From positions 1 to 59,179 of the forward strand of contig JABMOP010000605.1 of assembly GCA_013204125.1 (NCBI GenBank): 59,179 nucleotides of DNA. Reading direction: 5' to 3'. This document shows positions 26,039 to 35,452 of the stretch, one piece after another. Source of the DNA: Rhodospirillales bacterium (GTDB lineage: Bacteria > Pseudomonadota > Alphaproteobacteria > Rhodospirillales > UBA2165). Each line of letters opens with the position of its first letter. Within the stretch, counting starts at the first letter, position 1. Both the position numbers and the translations under genes were made by a program. Below the pieces are notes generated by a model, which was not told where the DNA came from, did no database searches, and saw only the letters and a list, made by a program, of their open reading frames with translations.

Positions 26039-27796
26039 TTAGGCAGCCCCTGTGGTTGCTTCCGACTGAGTAGCTTTATTTTTAAGCTCATCTCGAATTA
26101 CGTCATAGATAACCTTGCCGGAAAGGTCGATCAGCTTGTCAAACCGCTCACGCGGATATTCGGCTTCTCCGCTTTCGATAGCGCGAATTTTTTCAATTAC
26201 CTCTTCGGCGCGCCGAACGCATAGCTCTGGAAATTCTCTGTAATAGCTAGGTAAATCCGGCGGGTACGTATCCCATACATAGGTTATCAATCCATATTGG
26301 ATCGCCTCGGCGGCAACCGAGGAAGTGTCGTTCGATACAGCGTATCGGCACTCAAGCATCAAGGGATAACTGTTGCCGCTATAAAACTTTATATTTTCCG
26401 GCGGATTGTCAATTATACTTGTTAAATTCAAATGGTATTCGCTACGGGCAGAGTATTTTTCCTTAATAATAATTTTTCGGTCGGGAAAAGCGCGCGCCAG
26501 TTTTACCGCTTCGCCAAATAGCTCACGTTCGCCCAACAACCGGGAAATGAAAAAAATGATGTCGCGGCTACGGGGTTCTGATAGGCGGCCCAATTGCTCA
26601 CGTGTCATCCCGAAAGAGCCAACAGCACGATACTGCATTTTCGCAGGCCATTTCTCCCTATAATGCTGATCGTAGGGATAATCCCCAAATACAAAATAGG
26701 TATCAAAATCAACGTAGCGGGTTCGGGTGTCAATTATGCCCGGTATAGGCAATCCATGAGCAAGACCCAGCGAAGTCGCACCCGAGCGACGAAGTTCATC
26801 AGTCCGGATAATATGCTCTGAATTATAATCATCCCGGCTTAGAAAATAATTTACTGGATGCCGTTGGAAGAGAGTACGAAAGAGGATCCTATTAAACGGA
26901 AGTTTAACGACCGCAAAAAATAAGTCCGCCGGCAATTGATGGCAATACCAGAACAATCGAAAGATATCTTTTAGAACTAGCAAGGCAGTCGCCACACCAT
27001 CGCCAACGGTAAGGTGTAGTTCATCCGGATGGATGCCTTGAAATCCGGTAAATTCATCCCAACTGGCGGCCTCTCGCCGTTGTTGATGATTACGAAAGAC
27101 AAACAATACCTCGTCCTTACTGTCGGTAATTTCCGAAACCAAATAAGTCGTCCGTTGGTCGAGTACAAAATCGGCGCCAAGATGGACTGTTTTTGCATCC
27201 AAAGCGACGCGCTTTATGCGCCGCAGAATCCACAACCATGAATACACTACCAAGCTCACTGCGGTCATCGCCGCCGAGAAAACACCGCCACTTTTAATGG
27301 TCTTAACAGGAAATGTTGGCTCCGCGCCATAATACCGGCGATACCATAACGGGATATCCCGGTCTATACCGGAAACCTCAGCAACTTGGTCGCCGGTGTC
27401 CGATAGGCGTTTCAAGGTCGTTACAATCCATAGTTTCTGAGTGTATTGGCAGGCGGCATGCTTAATCGCGAGCGCGTAGTCCGGGAGTTGTTCGAGGCGG
27501 TCGAACCGGTAGTCGCCTGCTATACCGTCTTCCAGTTTCCTGAAAAGATCTGGATATTCCGGCATCCAGGAATGTACGAAATACCGTTGATCGGACGGAA
27601 ATAAATCCTCAATCGGCAACACTGCCCCCCGGCGGCACATGAAATTATACAACCGGCGCCAGACTCCGCGCAGCATCGGGAAGCCGATGCCGATTTCAAT
27701 CACGTAGATTGGGCGACCCTGGAGATAGGCTCTCAGCGCCCGCCATAATCCCGATAAATTGAGAGCGACGATACAAGCACGGTCCACCCTACTCAT
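26039..27796 (-). CDS. hypothetical protein (585 aa), possible GT-B-like glycan transferase or polymerase
   Basis: Long ORF in operon context with no catalytic motif recognised. The C-terminal pattern KIIIKEK...YAVSNDTSSVAAEAIQYGL resembles a GT-B C-terminal Rossmann half. Confidence 0.55.
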   Translation of the reverse strand: MSRVDRACIVALNLSGLWRALRAYLQGRPIYVIEIGIGFPMLRGVWRRLYNFMCRRGAVLPIEDLFPSDQRYFVHSWMPEYPDLFRKLEDGIAGDYRFDRLEQLPDYALAIKHAACQYTQKLWIVTTLKRLSDTGDQVAEVSGIDRDIPLWYRRYYGAEPTFPVKTIKSGGVFSAAMTAVSLVVYSWLWILRRIKRVALDAKTVHLGADFVLDQRTTYLVSEITDSKDEVLFVFRNHQQRREAASWDEFTGFQGIHPDELHLTVGDGVATALLVLKDIFRLFWYCHQLPADLFFAVVKLPFNRILFRTLFQRHPVNYFLSRDDYNSEHIIRTDELRRSGATSLGLAHGLPIPGIIDTRTRYVDFDTYFVFGDYPYDQHYREKWPAKMQYRAVGSFGMTREQLGRLSEPRSRDIIFFISRLLGERELFGEAVKLARAFPDRKIIIKEKYSARSEYHLNLTSIIDNPPENIKFYSGNSYPLMLECRYAVSNDTSSVAAEAIQYGLITYVWDTYPPDLPSYYREFPELCVRRAEEVIEKIRAIESGEAEYPRERFDKLIDLSGKVIYDVIRDELKNKATQSEATTGAA

Positions 27797-27961
27797 TTAA
27801 CGCCGTCAACAAAGCAACTCGCCTATTTTATCCATCTTGTTCAATTGGTTTGGCCTCCGGTCGAGAATTTTGAAGAATCTCATTATCAGAGCCTCAAACA
27901 AATAGGTGATGCCATTTGGATTAACGTGTGCCGCATGGAGAAGAATGCGGAATGGTTCTGT

Positions 27962-28690
27962 TTACAAAGGGGATCGTTCTTTAACTCCATTTTCGGGAAC
28001 TTCGCCCTGAGCTATCAGAGCTCTAATAATTATCAAGTCCAATGGCGTATCAATGTCTATAGAACGTTCAGGTGGCATAATATGGGCGACGGATTGCGCG
28101 TTCACAAAGATTTTATTTTCGCGGAAGCGTTGGATTTCGGCAACGTAAACAGCCCCATTGAGGACGTAAGAGACAGGTAAATTTTGTCGCCTATGGCCAT
28201 CTTCAGGATACGGCAGGATCCGGTCCATGTGCCCGTCTGGGTCAATGTGAAACATCCAATAAGGCGACTTCGCGACCTCAACCACGGTGACCGCGGAGGC
28301 CATCCCATTCTCCAAACAAAGCTCAAGGCAGGCATCGATGTCCCTTCCGATTCTAAGGGGTGAAGTCGGCTGCAAAAGCACCAACAGATCATACTCTTTG
28401 TCTAAACTATCGAGAGCATGAAGGATCGTTTCCTCGACCGAAGCCTCGTCGGTTGCTAAATGAGCAGGACGGACAAAGGGAATCTCGCATCCGACAGCCT
28501 CGGCGGCGGCGATTATTTCCGGATCGTCCGACGATAGAATTGTACGGTCAATATATTGCGAATCCCAAGCGGCCTTGATGGTCCAGGCGATCAGCGGGCG
28601 ACCGCCAACGTCAGCAACGTTTTTACCGGGTAGGCCCCTGGACCCGCCACGCGCCGGAATAATCGCTAGAACTGATTTGTCTTCGATCAA
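27962..28690 (-). CDS. neuA: acylneuraminate (CMP-nonulosonate) cytidylyltransferase family, copy 2
   Basis: LAIIPARGGSRGLPGKNV..GGRPLIAW, LLQPTSPLR. Confidence 0.85.
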   Translation of the reverse strand: MIEDKSVLAIIPARGGSRGLPGKNVADVGGRPLIAWTIKAAWDSQYIDRTILSSDDPEIIAAAEAVGCEIPFVRPAHLATDEASVEETILHALDSLDKEYDLLVLLQPTSPLRIGRDIDACLELCLENGMASAVTVVEVAKSPYWMFHIDPDGHMDRILPYPEDGHRRQNLPVSYVLNGAVYVAEIQRFRENKIFVNAQSVAHIMPPERSIDIDTPLDLIIIRALIAQGEVPENGVKERSPL

Positions 28691-28723
28691 CCTATTTTAC
28701 CGATGTCATTCGATTGACGTATC

Positions 28724-29704
28724 TTAATCCGTGTCTTGAAGACCGGGTGTTCCTAAGCCGTGCGTATCATAGCAGGTCTTACACAAAGGTAATTCATCAT
28801 GGCGCATATCAACCAGCATATCTCGGAAGTAGTTCATTTTTTCCGAGTGCCAGATTTCTTTGATCGAGGCTTCACGGACATCGCCTATGATCATCGTATT
28901 TTCGCTATCCATGCAACAAGCCGTCACCGTGCCATCCCAATTAATGGAAATTTTGTCGAAAACTTCCGGGCACTCCGGATGCTTCCGAACGACCGATTCT
29001 TGCTCTTTAAGCGGTTTGAGCATGGCCAGTTCGTCTGGCCGCAAACGAACAGCATTAAGATCAACATATTCCAATACCGTGCGTCCAACATTGACTTCAT
29101 CGGCAATGTTCTCGAATAATTTTCTAAATTCTCGAACCTGCTCTTTGGTCTCGTAGGTAATTGTTGTCGACGCCTGGACGAAGGGTTGGCGGAGTTTGCC
29201 CCGGCGCTCAATAAGACGGCCCATCGTAGAAACAAGTTCGTCAAAGAAATCGATATTTCGCATCTCTTTGTAGCTTTTGCGATCCACCCCTTGAAAAGAA
29301 AATTTGATTGAATCGAGAGGAACTTCCAAAAGTGCGTCGACCATTTCGTCACTCATCTGCGAACCATTTGTATTAATATGCAAAAGATGCCCTTGCGCCT
29401 TCGCCGCGCTTAGAAATTCCAATATATGAGGATGGGTCAACGGTTCGCCCCAACGAATGAACCGGAGTGGCGTGCCGTACCCTTTAATGCCGTCCAAAAC
29501 ACTTTCGAAGATGTCCTTCGACATAAAGCCTTTATCTCGTTCTTGCGAAAAATTACCGGTAGGGCACATTAAACACCTGAAATTACAGGTGTTGGTCATC
29601 TCAATGTCGATCATGTAGGGAAAATCAGGAAGATTATCCAGTTTATGCCTGGAATCGCCCGCGTTGCACCGATCATAACTTTTCTGCAATGGATTTTTGA
29701 TCAC
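28724..29704 (-). CDS. radical SAM protein with a SPASM/twitch-type C-terminal Cys cluster
   Basis: MTNTCNFRCLMCP (CX3CX2C). C-terminal CPEVF...GTVTACCMD...LPLCKTC. GTG 29704 gives a GTGA overlap with the upstream stop. The ORF-track ATG at 29740 would overlap by 40 nt. Confidence 0.8.
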   Translation of the reverse strand: MIKNPLQKSYDRCNAGDSRHKLDNLPDFPYMIDIEMTNTCNFRCLMCPTGNFSQERDKGFMSKDIFESVLDGIKGYGTPLRFIRWGEPLTHPHILEFLSAAKAQGHLLHINTNGSQMSDEMVDALLEVPLDSIKFSFQGVDRKSYKEMRNIDFFDELVSTMGRLIERRGKLRQPFVQASTTITYETKEQVREFRKLFENIADEVNVGRTVLEYVDLNAVRLRPDELAMLKPLKEQESVVRKHPECPEVFDKISINWDGTVTACCMDSENTMIIGDVREASIKEIWHSEKMNYFRDMLVDMRHDELPLCKTCYDTHGLGTPGLQDTD

Positions 29705-31635
29705 TTTTCTAATCCTTTTGATAATGTCTTGGTACCGCAATCCAACGAGCCTTCAATCACCTGCCAGAAGCGTAGAGATGCGTCGGGAATTTCTCCAAAC
29801 GCACACAAATATTTCAGGATCGCCTGTCGGTCGGGCCGCCAACCCGCGACCAACGCCGCCACAAGATCGCGTGGTGTATCGAAAGCCTGTAAGCGATCGG
29901 TGTATTTGCGCGCCATCAAAGAAGGGTAATGACGAAGCGCAAAATATGGTTTGCCGACGGCAAATGTCTCTATCAGCGAGCCTGAACTTACGGGACCGAT
30001 CACAAGATCGGCCCATTTTAAATGTTCGGTCAATGGCCCGGATTTATAGATCTCACAATCAAGGTCGTAATAACGAAAAGCCTCTTGGTAATAAGAGAGC
30101 CTCGGGGTGCCCGGGTGGATTTTCAATCGAATGGTTTTAAAACCCAAATTTTTAAGTTCCCTGACAATTTCCACTGAATAGGAAATTTTTGTCGAGTGAA
30201 GGCCGTGTATGTCATAGCCGTCAACCCAGGATCCGAGAATTAGAATTTTTTCAGATTGGCGGGACACCGATGGTCGGTCTGCTTCGGCGGCAACAATATC
30301 AATCCCCGGATAACCGGTGCGAACCGATTTAACGGGTGATCCCGTCGCTCGAAGCCACTCTTCCTGCTGCAGACCCCAGGCGAAAAATTGACTGATCAGG
30401 GGCGGTCCATAAGCATCCCCGGTCCTGATATCCAATTTTTGATCCGACAACAACATGCCGTTAGACAACTCATCCACGGGCACGCCATTCAAGTTGGCGA
30501 TTTCTGCGATTAAGCGGTTGAGCGCATTGCCGGCGTCACCGATGCCCACCCGAGCAAAGCGATGGCGCTGGAAGAACCGCTCATAGCGCTTGACCATCGG
30601 CGCCCGGGATTTCAGCCAGCCCTTGTCAAATACGCGGCCTCGAATGAATTCCCGTCGACGCAGTTCCATTCCCTCCGCCGGCGCGTTCCAGGCTGCTATC
30701 ACCTTGCCCGGGATATCATTGACTTCGTCTTCCTCGGACCGCGTGAGGCGCCCGGAAGGAAGGTTGGTCAAAAGGATACCCCGGCGCCAACATCGCCACA
30801 GAAAACGGAGATTCTTGGGCCATTGTCCGGCTAACAGAACCAAAGTTAATCGATCACTGTCGAAAGCCTTCATGAGGGGCTCGATGACCTGCCAGTTATT
30901 TAGAATGAAAATCTTAGGACGATTTCGCAGGTGCGGCGCTGTGATATAGAAAATGGCGCCGACCGTCAGAGAATATATTTTACGGAGCCAGGGACGAAAT
31001 CCGGATTCTGGCGTATTGATCCCCATATGTAACGTATCGGGCCACAATGGATCAGCCGGGTCCGGTGGGTCGAGGGCATCAATAAATAGTGCGCCATGGC
31101 TCTCGGCAACCTCGGCGACCAAAGTTCTCTTGAGAGCGTCATCGAGAAGTTGATTTTCTGTTTGCACGTCGATTAGTAGGATTTCCTCGGGTTTGAATTG
31201 TTCCGTCAGCCGGTGCAGCGCGCATAAAAGACGCTCGTAGGATTTGGTGAACAAGGCACTGTCCTGAAGGAACTGCTTGCCCATCGAGACCCCGCGAAAT
31301 TCTGTTATATCGTTGCCATTTTCGTCAATCATCCAACGGCTGCTACGTAGATATAATTCCAATGGAGAATCGGTATCGTCTGGCCAATATTCCATCGCTG
31401 TCTCGTAATGAATTCCGTGACCGCCTTTATCCACCCATTTGCGCCAGCTCAACCAATCGGTGCTGATGACCAGAGAATCTGTATCATCGGCATTCAGCGC
31501 AGCAAGATGGCAGCAATGGGAAATAAGAATTAGACGTCGATAGCGCGCCTTAAGTCGATCCGTCGGCTTCAGGACCGAAAGCTCAGTCAACCGATCAATG
31601 GGATTATCCGCCACAACCTTGCTGGCCACGATCAC
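29701..31635 (-). CDS. hypothetical protein (~645 aa), possible GT-B-like glycan transferase or polymerase
   Basis: Long ORF. C-terminal pattern TIRLKIHPGTP...ADLVIGPVSSGSLIETFAVGKPYF. GTG 31635 gives a GTGA overlap; the alternative is ATG 31671. Confidence 0.55.
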   Translation of the reverse strand: MIVASKVVADNPIDRLTELSVLKPTDRLKARYRRLILISHCCHLAALNADDTDSLVISTDWLSWRKWVDKGGHGIHYETAMEYWPDDTDSPLELYLRSSRWMIDENGNDITEFRGVSMGKQFLQDSALFTKSYERLLCALHRLTEQFKPEEILLIDVQTENQLLDDALKRTLVAEVAESHGALFIDALDPPDPADPLWPDTLHMGINTPESGFRPWLRKIYSLTVGAIFYITAPHLRNRPKIFILNNWQVIEPLMKAFDSDRLTLVLLAGQWPKNLRFLWRCWRRGILLTNLPSGRLTRSEEDEVNDIPGKVIAAWNAPAEGMELRRREFIRGRVFDKGWLKSRAPMVKRYERFFQRHRFARVGIGDAGNALNRLIAEIANLNGVPVDELSNGMLLSDQKLDIRTGDAYGPPLISQFFAWGLQQEEWLRATGSPVKSVRTGYPGIDIVAAEADRPSVSRQSEKILILGSWVDGYDIHGLHSTKISYSVEIVRELKNLGFKTIRLKIHPGTPRLSYYQEAFRYYDLDCEIYKSGPLTEHLKWADLVIGPVSSGSLIETFAVGKPYFALRHYPSLMARKYTDRLQAFDTPRDLVAALVAGWRPDRQAILKYLCAFGEIPDASLRFWQVIEGSLDCGTKTLSKGLEK

Positions 31636-32987
31636 GAGGTGATCCCCGTCAAATCTAATTGTCGAATGCATTGATTGCCGTATCGGTCATTGGCCGCAAT
31701 GCCAATACGAACAACATCTTCCAGCGGTAAAGTGTCCCCGTGAAACGCGTAGTACCACTTTCGACCAGAGGGCGAAAAATCGAGATTGTCATGGATGAAC
31801 CGTCTGGATTTGGTCTCGATGGCAAGAAAGGGTTGGGGACCAAACACCTCCCCAGCGGCGCAGACTATTTCAACATACGCGACGTCATTTCCCCCCGCCG
31901 GTCTAAAATGAAGTTCGAGGTCCACGGCAGCAGGTTTATCACCCTCTTTGAATGCGACGGCCTGAAAGGCATTGACGGCTTCGTCGAACATAAATGGTAC
32001 ATCGGGATATTTTTTTGCTGACACCGCGATGAGATCACGCAGATATTCAATCTCGGGCTCCATATCGCGGTAATCATGATTGGCCACACCCACCAAAGTC
32101 GGCAAGCCCTCGGCGGCGCGGGCAAATGCTTTGTCCATTTCTGGTTGGTCGAGATTGGCAATGCGGTTGAAGACATTTAAGGACCGAGCTATCAGCCGCC
32201 GACAATGACCAGGAACTTGATAATTGTCGTGGCTCGGATGATATACGGACCAATCCGCCGGCGCCTGGCGCCAGTCGCCAGAGCGACCGTTGCGGAAATC
32301 CACATGGGCATCAAATTCGGCTGGATCCGCTACTGCCATATTTGACGTATCAAAGGGAATCCACTGTTCAAGAAACCAATTGCTGTCCGGGCGTTCCGCC
32401 TGAAACCCCGCTCGGAAAGCGACGGGAAACCATTGCCGTTCAATAACCTTTCTGCTCAATATCTCAAAAATTTCAGGGCTACGGAAATAGTGGGTCGCAC
32501 AATTATGCGCGTCTCGATAAGTAGACATAGGGTGAAAATGCCAATGTAGGGCATCGCTGCAATCTGATTGTTGCAATAACCGTTGGCGATAATGGTCGAA
32601 CACGGCGTGGAATCCCGTGGCGCGCCGGCGTGGATTGTAATCATAATTCACATGGTCGAGACAAAACCAATTGAAAACCCAGCCACCGCCAAAAGAATCT
32701 GTCATTCGGTTCCGGAATTGCGGATCAGTTACGCGGTCGAGCATTTCATCCACTTTGCTCCAGTCATCCATAAAATTCTGGTTGTGGTCGCCCAATAAAT
32801 TGCGGGCATCTTGCTCGCGCCCGCCGAGGTCTAATTCACCTTGGCGAATGAGCTCCAGATTTATGGAGGTAGGGGCAATGCCAGATATACCAAGGTACTC
32901 TTCAAGACGTTGGAACTTGACTTCGGGCGACTCGTACAGAGGCCCTTCGGTATCCACGCAATGTACAAAATGCACAGTAGCTGACAC
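31632..32987 (-). CDS. hypothetical protein (451 aa), His/Asp-rich, possibly a metal-dependent carbohydrate-modifying enzyme
   Basis: Long ORF in the operon. VHFVHCVDTEGP, HWHFHP, ANHDYRD. No confident family assignment. Confidence 0.55.
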   Translation of the reverse strand: MSATVHFVHCVDTEGPLYESPEVKFQRLEEYLGISGIAPTSINLELIRQGELDLGGREQDARNLLGDHNQNFMDDWSKVDEMLDRVTDPQFRNRMTDSFGGGWVFNWFCLDHVNYDYNPRRRATGFHAVFDHYRQRLLQQSDCSDALHWHFHPMSTYRDAHNCATHYFRSPEIFEILSRKVIERQWFPVAFRAGFQAERPDSNWFLEQWIPFDTSNMAVADPAEFDAHVDFRNGRSGDWRQAPADWSVYHPSHDNYQVPGHCRRLIARSLNVFNRIANLDQPEMDKAFARAAEGLPTLVGVANHDYRDMEPEIEYLRDLIAVSAKKYPDVPFMFDEAVNAFQAVAFKEGDKPAAVDLELHFRPAGGNDVAYVEIVCAAGEVFGPQPFLAIETKSRRFIHDNLDFSPSGRKWYYAFHGDTLPLEDVVRIGIAANDRYGNQCIRQLDLTGITS

Positions 32988-33024
32988 TATTTAAAACTCA
33001 CTTTTAATGCTGAATGATCAGATA

Positions 33025-33288
33025 TTATTTGCTGGCGGCGATATGATCGGCCAAGTTACCAAGAACCAGCAATTCCTTTTCGATAAGTTCGTCACCGGAA
33101 ATCTTAACGCCGTAATCCTTTTCAATACGAAATAGGATGTTAATTAGGTCCAGTGAATCCAATTCCAGATCATTTTGTAAATTCAGCCCCGTTGCATCGC
33201 CTTCGGGAAAAATTATTTGATCGGTATTGGCGTCTTTTATTAGATTGATCAGTTCAAGAACCAGATCTTTATTATTATCGTTGCTCAT
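33025..33288 (-). CDS. acyl carrier protein
   Basis: 87 aa, acidic. Phosphopantetheine site LELDSLDLINILF. Confidence 0.85.
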   Translation of the reverse strand: MSNDNNKDLVLELINLIKDANTDQIIFPEGDATGLNLQNDLELDSLDLINILFRIEKDYGVKISGDELIEKELLVLGNLADHIAASK

Positions 33289-33290
33289 AA

Positions 33291-34256
33291 TTAATCCTCA
33301 TAATTTGCGGTCAAGATCGTACTTGCCCAAGAAAGCCCAACGCCAAACCCAGATAAAAAAATGTTATTTGGCTTAACGTCTTGAGATAAAATTTGCCGCT
33401 CAAGGGCGATCGGAATCGTCGAAGATGTAGTGTTGCCGGTATCTTTCATATCAATCACCAGTTTATCGTCCGGAATTTTTAGTAGTCCCGCCAAAGACTT
33501 AAGCATGAAACTATTTGCCTGATGAAATAACCAGAGATCAATGTCGCTTTTGGTCTTGCCGTTCCGCTCTAGGCATCTTTCCACGGATTTTGGAACTTCT
33601 TCCATCACCAGAGAAAATATTCCCCGCCCATCCATAAACAACGGTTCTACAATATCGCGGCGCATTGCACTGCCACGCGCAATCAACTCTTCATGGCGGC
33701 TGCCATCCGTCCCAAAATCCAATTGTCCGACGGTGTAAATAGGATGCGGTCCCAGCAGAGTAGCCGTTGCGGCATCGCCAAAAAGGGGCGCCGTGGCCCG
33801 ATCGGCCGGAGACACCAATTTCGAATAGGTTTCGGTGGTAACCAACACCCCCCGCTCTATGCCCTGAGCCTCCATCAAAGCCAGCGCCGTGGCCAGTCCG
33901 TAGACATACCCTGAACAGCCCAAATTAATATCCATCGCAGCACAATTGGATGATAAATTTGTGCGATCCTGAACCAAAGCGGATACGTGTGGTAGGCAAT
34001 AATCAGGCGTTTGGGTTACCACAATGAGTAGTCCTATGGATTTTACATCAACGCCGGTTTGGTCAAATAATTTAAGGCAAGCGGCAACTGCCAAATCCGA
34101 GGAAAATTCGTCGTGCGCCGCAAAATGACGGCTCGTGATGCCGAGTTTATTACGGATAAACGGCTCCTCAAAATCATGCTCGGCAATTACGGTTGTATTG
34201 GAGATGGGGGTGCCGGGAAGATAGAAACTGATTGCTTGAATTCCAACAGCCATCAT
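33291..34256 (-). CDS. 3-oxoacyl-ACP synthase III (KAS III/FabH-like)
   Basis: Cys-His-Asn triad context: NLGCSGYVYGL, LFHQAN, GNTTSSTIPIAL. 321 aa. Confidence 0.85.
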   Translation of the reverse strand: MMAVGIQAISFYLPGTPISNTTVIAEHDFEEPFIRNKLGITSRHFAAHDEFSSDLAVAACLKLFDQTGVDVKSIGLLIVVTQTPDYCLPHVSALVQDRTNLSSNCAAMDINLGCSGYVYGLATALALMEAQGIERGVLVTTETYSKLVSPADRATAPLFGDAATATLLGPHPIYTVGQLDFGTDGSRHEELIARGSAMRRDIVEPLFMDGRGIFSLVMEEVPKSVERCLERNGKTKSDIDLWLFHQANSFMLKSLAGLLKIPDDKLVIDMKDTGNTTSSTIPIALERQILSQDVKPNNIFLSGFGVGLSWASTILTANYED

Positions 34257-34280
34257 CCAAAACCATTCTTCAAAGTTTGG

Positions 34281-34973
34281 CTACGCAAAATTTAAATCCT
34301 GAGTATCTTGCGAAGCGAAACCTATCGTGAAGTCATAAATCGTCGAGTCAAAATCTAAGGATATTTTACTGAGCGTGTGGCGGTAACCCTCCAAATCGCC
34401 CATGCCTATATTCTCAACCTTCATCTGGCCATCCGACAGACTAATAGTTTTCGGAAACACAAAACCTCGACAGGAAACGAACTTGAACTTCACCAAACGT
34501 TGTGGCTCCACGTCGGCTACTGTTTTCAGGTGAAGCTGCTTATTGACTTCGACCACACCCTGGATCAAATCATAGTGAGATAGAATATTTTGAAGTTCGG
34601 CATTTCCTTCAAATGGGCCGCTTAGATGAATTTCTCCAACGAATGTCTGTTCGATCGATTCCCGCCGCTTTACAACCAACTTCGGCTGATCCGCATAAAG
34701 TCCTACTAAATAATTTTTACCATCAATTTCACAAAACATATCGGCGAGCGCATTTGCGCCTTGATGCTTGGCGGCAACCTGCTCAGCATCAAATACTCGG
34801 ATTGTATCATCGTTTATAATTTTTTGACGAATGTTTAAGCGCCTAACTCTCACTTCGGCTAGCCCTTTTCCGTGCATTTTGACAACAGTTTCTCGAAATT
34901 TCTCAGCGAGCGTCGGGCCGTGAATATAGTCTCGGGCACCGTTTAAGAAAAAATCAGATCGGATGGAGTACAT
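34281..34973 (-). CDS. hypothetical protein (230 aa)
   Basis: ORF tightly packed between the MaoC and KAS-III genes. No motif recognised. Confidence 0.55.
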   Translation of the reverse strand: MYSIRSDFFLNGARDYIHGPTLAEKFRETVVKMHGKGLAEVRVRRLNIRQKIINDDTIRVFDAEQVAAKHQGANALADMFCEIDGKNYLVGLYADQPKLVVKRRESIEQTFVGEIHLSGPFEGNAELQNILSHYDLIQGVVEVNKQLHLKTVADVEPQRLVKFKFVSCRGFVFPKTISLSDGQMKVENIGMGDLEGYRHTLSKISLDFDSTIYDFTIGFASQDTQDLNFA

Positions 34974-35029
34974 TTTTTACTTAATCTCGGCTTTAATTAT
35001 CCACATTTTCTGATTTCATGATTGATGCT

Positions 35030-35446
35030 TCACGATGCATGAATTTTGACGGTAAAATCACAATCGACAACTTGCTCGCCATGCTGATTGACGCATATTC
35101 CTTTGACTTTTAAAGCGCACATGGATTCGATACGACCAACTACTTCTACCGATGCCGTAATCTCGTCCCCCATGTAGACCGGCTTCAAAAATCGTGTGGA
35201 TTTTTCGAGCGCGACAACTGTCGTGTTGTCAGAGCCGAAGGTCTGCACCAGCGCACCAGCGAGCCGGCTTTCCTGAACAAAGCCGTTTGAAACCCGCGCC
35301 AGAAATCCAGCCCGGCGACCAACCGCATCATCGAAATGAACTGGATTGTCGTCCCCGCTAATTTCGGCAAAAAGGCGGTTGTCTTCTGCTGTTACGATTT
35401 TCTGAAACGTTCCCTTATAGCCAATTTTGAAGTCGTCATATTTCAC
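35030..35446 (-). CDS. MaoC-like (R)-specific enoyl thioester hydratase/dehydratase (hotdog fold)
   Basis: Hydratase-2 type motif EISGDDNPVHFDDAVGRRAGF. 138 aa. Confidence 0.8.
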   Translation of the reverse strand: MKYDDFKIGYKGTFQKIVTAEDNRLFAEISGDDNPVHFDDAVGRRAGFLARVSNGFVQESRLAGALVQTFGSDNTTVVALEKSTRFLKPVYMGDEITASVEVVGRIESMCALKVKGICVNQHGEQVVDCDFTVKIHAS

Positions 35447-35452
35447 CTAAAT

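Noticed and set aside
29701-29740. Two identical-length 40-nt out-of-frame gene overlaps (29701-29740 and 31632-31671) implied by the ORF-track ATG starts, which looked like an unusual coupling device.
   Set aside because: In both cases an in-frame GTG (29704 and 31635) forms the GTGA start/stop overlap used repeatedly in this locus. The long overlaps are most likely artefacts of taking the longest ATG ORF.
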